The notes under the pieces are model-generated. The model searched no databases. It worked only from the letters and a program-made list of their open reading frames with translations, and was not told the DNA's origin. From Lentisphaeria bacterium (GTDB taxonomy: Bacteria; Verrucomicrobiota; Lentisphaeria; Oligosphaerales; Lenti-02): a stretch of 27,511 nt of DNA. How positions within the stretch are numbered: the stretch's first letter is position 1; every line of letters starts with the position of its first letter. This document shows, one piece after another, positions 1 through 7,554 of this stretch. Location of the stretch: assembly GCA_023145395.1 (NCBI GenBank), contig JAGLDW010000576.1, positions 1 to 27,511 on the forward strand, given 5' to 3'. Made by a program: the position numbers and the translations under genes.

Positions 1-2
1 CA

Positions 3-1289
3 GGGGGGCTTGGGGTCCGTATGGCGGAAAAGAAGGTAGATCTCTTCGACGGGCTTGTTCGCGAGCAGGTGACTGAGATTGTGGCGGAGGCTGATGTCCT
101 CGTGTGGGTGGTGGATTGCCAGGACGGCGTCACGCCACAGGATGAGGAGGTCGCCTCGTTCCTCCGCCAGTCGGGACGTCCCGTCGTTCTCGCTGCCAAC
201 AAAGCCGACAACGAGACGATGCGGGCGGCTGCGGAATCGGATTTCGCCAAGCTTGGCTTTCCCCGCATCGTGCCCACTTCGTGCACGCACAATCACGGTG
301 TCCCCCGGCTCCTTGAGGCTGCATTGCCCCTGGCACCGTCTTGCCGAACGGTGTCCGAAGCAGTCGAGGAACCGTTCCGCATCGCAGTGGTGGGACGACC
401 GAATGTGGGCAAGTCCTCGCTTGTGAACCGACTGCTTGGCGCCGAGCGTGTCATGGTCAGCGACATTGCCGGCACGACTCGGGACGCCGTGGATGTCCCC
501 TTCGTCATCCGTGATGGAGACGAGAGTGTATCGGCCTCGCTGATCGACACTGCGGGTCTCCGCCGTCGCCGCCAAGTCGACAGTGTCGTCGAGTTCTTCA
601 GCGCCGCTCGTGCACAAAAGGCGATCCGGCGAAGCGACGTGGTTCTCCTCATCCTTGATGCGACGGCGCCGGGCACGTCGCAGGATCGGCGCATCGCCCG
701 TCTCGTGGTGGATGCCCAGAAACCATGCATTCTCCTGGCGAACAAATGGGACCTTGCGTCGGAGGAGATGAAGCAGAAAGAGCTGGTGCTGCGGATCCGG
801 GAGAACATGTCTTTCATGAAGCACGCCCCCGTGCATGCGGTCTGCGCCCTGAGCGGCTACAACTTCTCGGGCATCCTTGAGCACGTTCTCATGGTCCGTG
901 AACAGATGCGCGTCAGCATCCCGACAAGTCTCGTGAACCAGTTTCTGCAAGACATCTTCATGCGCACACCACCACCCGCAGTGGGGACCAAGAGGTTCAA
1001 AGTGCTCTACGGGACGATGGTCAGCAATCCACCTCCGCGATTCGTTCTGTTCTGCAACGACCCGAAGATCTGCGCCGCCAACTATCTCCAGTTTCTTGAA
1101 AACCGTCTCCGAGACGCGTTTTTCCCAGAGGCGGGGTTGCCTCTCCATGTCGAACTTCGTGCGCGCAAGGCACCAAAGGGAACGGAGAACCGACGGAATG
1201 CCATGGCTGGTGAAGCGCGGAAAAGGCGCGAAGAAAGACAGGCCATTGCACGGCGCCACGCCCGGAAGAAGGGGTGGCGGAAGAAATGA
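3..1289 (+). CDS. der: Ribosome biogenesis GTPase Der (EngA), 5'-truncated by the window edge
   Basis: The frame is open from position 3 (GGL, the end of the DTGG G3 motif of GTPase domain 1), so the ATG at 21 is internal. NKAD (G4) follows, then a second GTPase domain with GRPNVGKSS, DTAG and NKWD, and a C-terminal KH-like region (PPP...Y.T....PP.FVLF.N). Confidence 0.97.
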   Translation, partial: GGLGVRMAEKKVDLFDGLVREQVTEIVAEADVLVWVVDCQDGVTPQDEEVASFLRQSGRPVVLAANKADNETMRAAAESDFAKLGFPRIVPTSCTHNHGVPRLLEAALPLAPSCRTVSEAVEEPFRIAVVGRPNVGKSSLVNRLLGAERVMVSDIAGTTRDAVDVPFVIRDGDESVSASLIDTAGLRRRRQVDSVVEFFSAARAQKAIRRSDVVLLILDATAPGTSQDRRIARLVVDAQKPCILLANKWDLASEEMKQKELVLRIRENMSFMKHAPVHAVCALSGYNFSGILEHVLMVREQMRVSIPTSLVNQFLQDIFMRTPPPAVGTKRFKVLYGTMVSNPPPRFVLFCNDPKICAANYLQFLENRLRDAFFPEAGLPLHVELRARKAPKGTENRRNAMAGEARKRREERQAIARRHARKKGWRKK

Positions 1290-1879
1290 CGCGACTTGTC
1301 CTCGCCTCCGCATCTCCGAGACGCCTAAGCCTCCTGGCGGAAGCCGGCTGTCAGTGCGATGTTGTTCCGGCTCACGTGGATGAGACACCACTCCCTGACG
1401 AGTCACCCTTCGAGCAAGTCGGCAGACTCGCTGTCCGAAAGGCGCGGGAGGTCCAGAAGACCCATTGCGAGCGGTGGATTGTGGCTGCTGACACCGTGGT
1501 CGCTCTTGGCCAGGTCGCCTTTGGCAAGCCTTCCGACCTGGAAGAGGCCAGGTGCATGCTTCACACTCTGTCGGACAGGTGGCATTGCGTCCACACTGGT
1601 GTGTGTGTGTGCAGTCCGCTCGCTCAGGATGTCCTCGAAAGCTGGGTGTGCCGGACGCATGTGCTGGTCCGAAAGCTGGACGAGAAAAGAATCTCGCGGT
1701 ATTTTTCCCTTGTTTGTCCTTTGGACAAGGCAGGCTCCTACGCAATTCAAGAGCACGGGGAAATCATCATCGAGCGGATTGAGGGTGCTCTGGACAACGT
1801 GGTCGGATTGCCCGTTGGCGAAGTGCTGGACTGTCTGCGTCGAACCGGTTGGCAGGGGAACCGTCACGAGGGAATCTGA
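1286..1879 (+). CDS. maf: Maf/YhdE family nucleoside triphosphate pyrophosphatase
   Basis: Motifs LVLASASPRR, AADTVV, KP, H.V.TGV and DKAGSYAIQ. The start at 1286 forms an ATGA overlap with the der stop codon. Confidence 0.95.
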   Translation: MTRLVLASASPRRLSLLAEAGCQCDVVPAHVDETPLPDESPFEQVGRLAVRKAREVQKTHCERWIVAADTVVALGQVAFGKPSDLEEARCMLHTLSDRWHCVHTGVCVCSPLAQDVLESWVCRTHVLVRKLDEKRISRYFSLVCPLDKAGSYAIQEHGEIIIERIEGALDNVVGLPVGEVLDCLRRTGWQGNRHEGI

Positions 1880-2110
1880 AAAATGGCATGTTCGCTTGTA
1901 TTCCGGAGTTTTCTCCGCTAGTTTCCTTCTGTCGTGTGTTGCTTCCATCGTGGTGGTGACTGGCGGCGGAATGGGAGTTTGGAGTTCAGGTCGGCTCCCG
2001 CACCTGTATTATGTTCAGGTGGCATGGCGATGCATTGTATCGCGCAGATGTTCGACGAAAACTAGAACAAGACACGGCAAGAGAGAAAATCTAGATAAGA
2101 GGGATGACAC

Positions 2111-3403
2111 ATGAAAACCCTAGGCACAATCTGCGGGATTACTACACTGGTGCTTGCGATTGCGGCTGCTGGTCTGAGCTGGGTCATCTCCGCTAGACGA
2201 GCCGAGTTCAGAGGGCGTGCGGATAAGCTGGCGTCCAGCGTGGCGGATATGATGACGAAAATTGACGCCGATAGCGGCACCGCAGTGAAAGACAAGGTGA
2301 ATTTCACGCCTGGTGAGCGTGCCAGCAAGACCATGGAAAAGGGGAGTCTTGGTTGGCAGGCGTACCACGGCGCGAAGGATGCCGAGGGCGACTATGCGGC
2401 GTTCCAGACAACGGTCGATCTGGCCAAGAAGCATGTGGCCGATCTCGTCCAGCAGCGCGACAGTCTTTCCGAGACGCTAGCGAGCATGGGCAGCGCGCTG
2501 GAGCTTCCTTCGGATGTAGTTGACCCATCTGACCTGCAGAATCTCGATGATCCCGGCAAGTTCACCAAAGCCGCCTCGACGATGGCTGGACACGCGAGTG
2601 CTGTTGCCAACCGGGACAAGGCGCTTGTCAGCAGCATTTCCAAAGCCGCCGAGGAGATTGGGCACGCGCTGGAGATCGGCAAGCTCACGGCTCGGGAGAC
2701 GACGACGGATGTCGATGGCAACGAGGTTCTGAGTGGCTACCCCTGCAGAGACATACTGACAGAGTTTAATTTCCATGTCACGGGAATGAAAAATCGTAGC
2801 GACCACTATGCGCAGACTCTGACTGACGCGATTGACCACATAAGCACGCACGAGTGGCAAGTGGACAGGGACAAGATCGGCGACGAGGAAGGATACAACG
2901 GCGCTCTTACATCCATGGTGAATGATTTTGACGATATCAACGGCAAACTCGAAAAATACGAGAGAGCCAAGATCCAGATCAAAGTGCAAAAGACGAAGAT
3001 TGGCCTTCTTGAGGTGGAAGTGGATGAAATGCGGGAGAATGTCGAGAAGGCTCAGGACCAGCTCGCCAAGACCAGGGTCATGCTGGAGGACGCAATGAGG
3101 AAGCTTCCCGGCGGCATCAGCAATTTGCCGGGTGGTAGTCTTGTCAATCTCGTGGAACGCGATATCGAGGGCAAGGTCGTCGAGGTGAACAGCCACTGGA
3201 ACTATGTGATTCTAGACCTTGGCTCCCGGGACGCTCTTCGCAAGGGAACCGAGATGCTGGTAAAAAGAGATGGTCGTTTGGTTGCCAAAATCGAGGTCAC
3301 GGCAGTTCGGACCAGCAACTCCATCGCCGAGATTCTCCCCGAGGCTATGGTGAGCACGGTGAAGCTAGACGACGAAGTCATTATGCCGATGATGCAGGAC
3401 TAG
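2111..3403 (+). CDS. Hypothetical membrane-anchored coiled-coil protein with a C-terminal beta-rich domain (FlgT-C-like pattern)
   Basis: 430-aa ORF with SD-like AAGAGGG upstream. It has an N-terminal hydrophobic anchor (ICGITTLVLAIAAAGLSWVIS), a long helical/heptad region, and a C-terminal GKVVEV...YVILDLG...L.KG..MLV.RDGRLVAKIEV..V....S.AEI pattern. Confidence 0.85.
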   Translation: MKTLGTICGITTLVLAIAAAGLSWVISARRAEFRGRADKLASSVADMMTKIDADSGTAVKDKVNFTPGERASKTMEKGSLGWQAYHGAKDAEGDYAAFQTTVDLAKKHVADLVQQRDSLSETLASMGSALELPSDVVDPSDLQNLDDPGKFTKAASTMAGHASAVANRDKALVSSISKAAEEIGHALEIGKLTARETTTDVDGNEVLSGYPCRDILTEFNFHVTGMKNRSDHYAQTLTDAIDHISTHEWQVDRDKIGDEEGYNGALTSMVNDFDDINGKLEKYERAKIQIKVQKTKIGLLEVEVDEMRENVEKAQDQLAKTRVMLEDAMRKLPGGISNLPGGSLVNLVERDIEGKVVEVNSHWNYVILDLGSRDALRKGTEMLVKRDGRLVAKIEVTAVRTSNSIAEILPEAMVSTVKLDDEVIMPMMQD

Positions 3404-3469
3404 TTCTTCACATGCGTTCCACAGTCGGTGACACCAAACTTGCCTCGTGCAAGAGGGATGGATGACACT

Positions 3470-3571
3470 ATGAACAAGTTTCCCGCAGTTTGTCTTGTAC
3501 TCTCTACGCTGTGCCTACTGGCGGTGGTCGCCGCACAGGTGCTTGAGATGCTTGAATACTACATGATCTGA
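3470..3571 (+). CDS. Small single-pass membrane protein, 33 aa (MNKFPAVCLVLSTLCLLAVVAAQVLEMLEYYMI)
   Basis: Translated by hand; below the ORF-track cutoff. One hydrophobic stretch of about 20 aa. Its upstream leader nearly duplicates that of the 2111 gene. It fills the gap between two co-directional ORFs. Confidence 0.65.
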   Translation: MNKFPAVCLVLSTLCLLAVVAAQVLEMLEYYMI

Positions 3572-3589
3572 CAAGAAGGTCTGCGACCC

Positions 3590-3766
3590 ATGACGGACCT
3601 ACCTGTCACACGTGTCATCCGTTCCCTTTCTCTCGGCCTTTTTCTCCTGCTTCTTGTGTGCGGCTGTCGATCGATTCTCCGGGAAGAGGAGGGCGAGGGG
3701 GGAGACGGACTTCCATGGAACTCGCCTGCTGGTTGGGAGAATCAGGTGATCGGGGTTCCGTATTGA
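3590..3766 (+). CDS. Small lipoprotein, 58 aa (MTDLPVTRVIRSLSLGLFLLLLVCGC-RSILREEEGEGGDGLPWNSPAGWENQVIGVPY)
   Basis: Translated by hand. SD-like AAGAAGGT at 3573-3580; basic n-region, Leu-rich h-region and lipobox-like V-C-G-C (Cys26); compact PWNxPxxWE motif in the mature part. Confidence 0.75.
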   Translation: MTDLPVTRVIRSLSLGLFLLLLVCGCRSILREEEGEGGDGLPWNSPAGWENQVIGVPY

Positions 3767-3895
3767 TATCCTTTCACTGCACGGGGGCCGCAATTTGGCG
3801 GAAGAGGGTCTGTGACCCATTCTGGCTTGCCCGTCGTGCCGTCTCCAGTCTCCACTGTCGTGCACAGTGCCTCTCCTCCATATAGGATGGCCGCG

Positions 3896-5446
3896 ATGGA
3901 CAATCTTCGTGTTGGCATCATCGGCTGCGGTGGCCGCGGAAACAGCCATGCGTTGGGGTATCACATCTGCGAGGGCGTCGATCTTGTCGCTTGTGCTGAC
4001 GTGCATCTTCCCGCCGCCCATCGACTAGCAGAGTCCTGCGGCTTTGAGGCAGTTTATGCGGATTACCGCGAGATGCTCTCGAACGAATGTCTGGACGTCG
4101 TCAGCATGTGTCTGTGGCCGGAACTGCATTGCCAAGCCGTGCTGGACTGCCTCTGTGCCCCTCACCCTCCTCTCCTGATCAACGCCGAGAAACCGATGGC
4201 GCCAACCTATGGCGAGGCAGTGCGCATGCACGAGGCCTGTCTCGAAGCGGGAGTGAAACTCACCTTTAGCCACCAGCGACGCTTTGGCCCTCAGTTTCGC
4301 AGGGGGAAGCTTCTTCTGGAAGAGGGGGCGATTGGTGAACTCCAGCGCATGGAGATGGATTGCGGCAATCTCTTTGACTGGGGCACCCACTGGTTCGACA
4401 TGATGTTGTACTACAACGGTGATGTGACTCCAGATTGGGTCATTGGACAGGTTGGCTGTGTCGAGGATAATCAGATATTCGGTGCGCGCATGGAGACGGA
4501 GGGGCTTTGCTACGTCAAATGGGGGAATGGGGTGACCGGACTGCTCACAACCGGGAAGGGGACTGCCGCGCCAAGTGTGATACGACTCCTGGGCTCGAAG
4601 GGTATGATCGATCTGGGGCATGACGGCGTGCGGCTTCTGCGGGAGGGTGAGAGCTGGGAGAATGTCCCTGGCGCCGAGCTGTCCGACGTTCGAGGCGGAG
4701 ACACAAGCCGCCACATCATGGACAGCATCGAATGCCTGAGGGCGGGGACAAACTCGATGATGGATAGCGCGAATGCCTTGCGGGCGACAGAACTTATTTT
4801 CGCGACGTACGAGTCGTCGCGCAGACGGTCCCGAATCGTCCTCCCTCTGTCGATCGAGGATTCGCCTCTACTGGCTATGATCGATCAGGAGAAACTCATC
4901 ATACCTGACTGGCCCGCTCTTCTGACCGAACAGGATAGGGAGGACGGCTTCAAACTTCTTTTCAATGGGAGGGACTTGGGCGGTTTTGGCGCTTGCCCGG
5001 AAAGTGCCTGGTTCGTTTCGACAGGTCTTCTGCATTGTCGAACCGCATCTGCGGAGATTCGCACGCAGGAACAGTATGCAGACTTCATGCTTACGGCGGA
5101 GTTCCGTCTTGGAAGTCGCTCAGGCGGTGTGCTGGCTGTGCGCGATCGAGATGGGAGCCAGGCGGCTGAAATCCCCCTTTTGGACGACAAGGCAGAGCCT
5201 TGCACGGTCCGGTCCACCGGTTCCCTCTCGGGAGTCGTGCCAGCCGCCGCCAATCCTCGCGTGGGGAATGGACGCTGGTCCTGGCTTGAATTGACCGTTC
5301 GCTCTCGTCACATTCATCTCGTCATCAATGAAGTGGAAGTGCTGGACGGCGAGCTTGGGGGGGATGTGGCAGACTCCGGCTCGATCTGCTTCCGCCTGGA
5401 CTCGGGGTGGATGGATCTGCGTGATCTGCTCGTCAAAGCCCTGTAA
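3896..5446 (+). CDS. Gfo/Idh/MocA oxidoreductase fused to a C-terminal DUF1080 (3-keto-glycoside hydrolase/lyase)-like domain
   Basis: Rossmann motif LRVGIIGCGGRG, then AEKP and DWGTH. From about 4928 the protein reads EDGFKLLFNGRDL...W.V..G...Y.DF.L..EF, typical of DUF1080. The start could be 3887; 3896 has AGGA 8 nt upstream. Confidence 0.88.
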   Translation: MDNLRVGIIGCGGRGNSHALGYHICEGVDLVACADVHLPAAHRLAESCGFEAVYADYREMLSNECLDVVSMCLWPELHCQAVLDCLCAPHPPLLINAEKPMAPTYGEAVRMHEACLEAGVKLTFSHQRRFGPQFRRGKLLLEEGAIGELQRMEMDCGNLFDWGTHWFDMMLYYNGDVTPDWVIGQVGCVEDNQIFGARMETEGLCYVKWGNGVTGLLTTGKGTAAPSVIRLLGSKGMIDLGHDGVRLLREGESWENVPGAELSDVRGGDTSRHIMDSIECLRAGTNSMMDSANALRATELIFATYESSRRRSRIVLPLSIEDSPLLAMIDQEKLIIPDWPALLTEQDREDGFKLLFNGRDLGGFGACPESAWFVSTGLLHCRTASAEIRTQEQYADFMLTAEFRLGSRSGGVLAVRDRDGSQAAEIPLLDDKAEPCTVRSTGSLSGVVPAAANPRVGNGRWSWLELTVRSRHIHLVINEVEVLDGELGGDVADSGSICFRLDSGWMDLRDLLVKAL

Positions 5447-5539
5447 CCATCGTCGGTCCAAAACCCACAGCGAACTTGAGGCAGGACAGCCCGGAAGCGC
5501 TGGGTTGGCACCTTGGATAGGATGGGTGTCAACACCGGT

Positions 5540-6097
5540 TCACTGACTAGCGAGCATGCCGGTGCTCAACTGTTCCGCCACGTCGGTCAGCCCAAGTTGT
5601 CTAACGAGTTCGTAGGAGAACTCCAACGCGGCGCCAGGCCCGTTCCCCGTGATGATACGCCCGTCAGTCTGCACGCGTTCCGCAGTGTAGTGAGCGTCCG
5701 TCAGGCGAGACTCGAACCCCGGGTAGCAGGTTACTCTTTTGTCGGCTAGAAGGCCAGCTGCGGCCAAGGCGATGGGAGCGGCACAGATGGCGCAGACGAA
5801 GGCGCCGCGCGCATGGAGTGCACGAAGGAAGCCCAGGACCTCAGCGCCGCTGGCTAGGTTTTCGGAACCTGGCATTCCCCCCGGGAGGACGACCATGTCA
5901 AAGTCGAGGGGACGAAGTTTGCTCAAGACCGTGTCGGTGACGAGGGTCAATCCATGGGCTCCAGTGACCCGTTCTTCCTCGTTGATGCTGGCTACGGAGA
6001 CCCTGAGGTCCGCTCTTCTCAGGACGTCGATGATTGTGACTGCTTCGATCTCCTCAAAGCCATTCGCTAGCAGGACCGCAATCGTCGGTGGTTTCAT
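5540..6097 (-). CDS. DJ-1/PfpI (YajL/ThiJ-like) family protein
   Basis: Motifs ANGFEEIEA, LPGGMPGS, nucleophile AICAAP and GPG.ALEF. Start set at MKPPT (6097), preceded by GAAGGT. Confidence 0.93.
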   Translation of the reverse strand: MKPPTIAVLLANGFEEIEAVTIIDVLRRADLRVSVASINEEERVTGAHGLTLVTDTVLSKLRPLDFDMVVLPGGMPGSENLASGAEVLGFLRALHARGAFVCAICAAPIALAAAGLLADKRVTCYPGFESRLTDAHYTAERVQTDGRIITGNGPGAALEFSYELVRQLGLTDVAEQLSTGMLASQ

Positions 6098-6221
6098 GTC
6101 ATTACCTTCTCTCGATTGGGAGTGGCGGATGCCACCACCGCTCACCGCTGCGTTTACATGTGTGTACGAACCGCAGAGATAGCGTATGGCGTGCACGTCT
6201 TTTAGCAAGAGTGCCAAGAGG

Positions 6222-6250
6222 TTGCCGCTCGCCTTCTACAGGGATATGTT
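6222..6250 (+). promoter_or_regulatory. Candidate sigma70-type promoter for the coaD operon
   Basis: TTGCCG (6222-6227), 17-nt spacer, TATGTT (6245-6250), about 70 nt upstream of coaD. Confidence 0.4.
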
Positions 6251-6321
6251 CTATCTGGATTCCAAGTGGGGAATCGAGGGACTTATTCAGGTGGCAGACA
6301 ACCGGTCAGGAGTTGAGAGAA

Positions 6322-6813
6322 TTGAGGAAAGCACTGTACCCGGGGACATTTGACCCCCTGACGAATGGACATCTGGATGTCATTCGCCGGGCTACTCGTC
6401 TCTTTGACCGAGTGATCGTGGCCGTTGGCTGCAACAGCACCAAGCGACCCATCTTCAGCGTGGTTCGGCGAATGGAGCTATTGACGGAAGTTTGCGCGGG
6501 ACTGGACGGGGTGGAGATCGCCCGTTTCGATGGACTCCTTACGCAGGCTGTGGAGGATTTTGGCGCCAAGGCGGTTATTCGTGGCCTGCGAGCCGTGTCC
6601 GACTTCGAGTTCGAGTTTCAGATGGCGTTGATGAACAGGGAACTGAACCCTCATTGCGAAACCGTCTTCCTCATGCCTTCACCGGAATACTCGTTCGTGA
6701 GCTCGACGATGATTCGCGAGATAGCGGGAATGGGGGGGGACATTCGGGCGTTTGTGCCTCCAGAAGTCTGCCGTGCGCTGGAAGAGTGTCTTTCTCGGGG
6801 AGAGATCGAATGA
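6322..6813 (+). CDS. coaD: Phosphopantetheine adenylyltransferase
   Basis: Motifs YPGTFDP.TNGH, IRGLRAVSDFEFE and FVSST.IRE. TTG start with AGGAG 9 nt upstream. Confidence 0.97.
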   Translation: MRKALYPGTFDPLTNGHLDVIRRATRLFDRVIVAVGCNSTKRPIFSVVRRMELLTEVCAGLDGVEIARFDGLLTQAVEDFGAKAVIRGLRAVSDFEFEFQMALMNRELNPHCETVFLMPSPEYSFVSSTMIREIAGMGGDIRAFVPPEVCRALEECLSRGEIE

Positions 6814-7313
6814 AAGGTGATGGCCCGCTCTGTCTGAACATTGTGGACTTGCCTCCTGAGGGGACAGTTCTCGAGGGTGCCGTGGCGTCTGACGAGATAG
6901 GGCTCGAGGATGAGTCTCGCATCCGATGCCCCGGCCCCGTGCGGTACAGACTACAGGCCGCTCCGATCGTCCAGGAGGAGGGGGTACTGGTGAGGGGATG
7001 GGTTGAAACAGTTCTTCTTGTCATGTGCGATCGGTGCCTCTCGATGGCGGAACATCTTGTCCGCGCAGACGATGTTTGTCACCACTACCCCGACGAAGAG
7101 GGAAACCTCCTTGATTTGACCTCGGACGTCCGTGAAGATATATTACTGACCTTTCCTCAATCGTCTTTGTGCCGCATGGATTGTCAGGGCTTATGCCCTT
7201 CCTGCGGTAAGAATTTGAATGAGGGCGACTGCTCTTGCAGCCAGGGAAAAAGCGATGAAGGGCCGTGGGAGGCACTTTCAGCGCTTGATCTTTCCCCCGG
7301 CGGCGAAGAGTAG
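6810..7313 (+). CDS. yceD: YceD/DUF177 family protein
   Basis: CDRC and C..DC.GLCPSCG.NLN...C.C cysteine pattern; canonical position upstream of rpmF; ATGA overlap with coaD. Confidence 0.92.
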   Translation: MKGDGPLCLNIVDLPPEGTVLEGAVASDEIGLEDESRIRCPGPVRYRLQAAPIVQEEGVLVRGWVETVLLVMCDRCLSMAEHLVRADDVCHHYPDEEGNLLDLTSDVREDILLTFPQSSLCRMDCQGLCPSCGKNLNEGDCSCSQGKSDEGPWEALSALDLSPGGEE

Positions 7314-7361
7314 GAACAGGAATAAAACAAGAGTTTGTCTAGGCGAAAGCGGAGATAGAAC

Positions 7362-7544
7362 ATGGCCGTTCAACAATGTCGTGTGAGCAAGACACGGATG
7401 CGCACTCGCAAGGGAGCGAATCAGTACAAGGGTGTGGAAACAGGCAAGTGCGCCACATGTGGCGAACCTGTGCTTCCGCATCGTGTATGCAAGAAGTGCG
7501 GTTACTATGGCAAACGGCAAGTGATGACGATTTCATCCGAATAG
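7362..7544 (+). CDS. rpmF: 50S ribosomal protein L32 (zinc-ribbon type)
   Basis: MAVQQ.RVSK.R..R start, CxxC...PHRVCxxCGYY; lies between yceD and plsX. Confidence 0.97.
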   Translation: MAVQQCRVSKTRMRTRKGANQYKGVETGKCATCGEPVLPHRVCKKCGYYGKRQVMTISSE

Positions 7545-7554
7545 GCGCAGAGCT

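Noticed and set aside
1599-1611. (GT)6 microsatellite in maf as a phase-variation tract
   Set aside because: It encodes the conserved TGVCV strand of a housekeeping gene and the frame is intact.
1884-2034. Possible sigma54 promoters (TGGCA...TGC)
   Set aside because: The GG-to-GC spacing is not the required 10 nt in any candidate examined.
5447-5539. Bidirectional terminator between the convergent oxidoreductase and DJ-1 genes (also 17740-17793)
   Set aside because: Only short, weak stems without U-tracts were found.
2014-6296. Shared 11-mer TTCAGGTGGCA upstream of the 2111 gene (2014-2024) and coaD (6286-6296)
   Set aside because: About one such match is expected by chance among the intergenic DNA of this window, and the distances to the starts differ.
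6732-6739. G8 homopolymer in coaD (also G7 at 5357-5363 and T7 tracts)
   Set aside because: The G8 tract encodes the conserved M-G-G-D motif of an essential gene; none of these tracts shows a frameshift.
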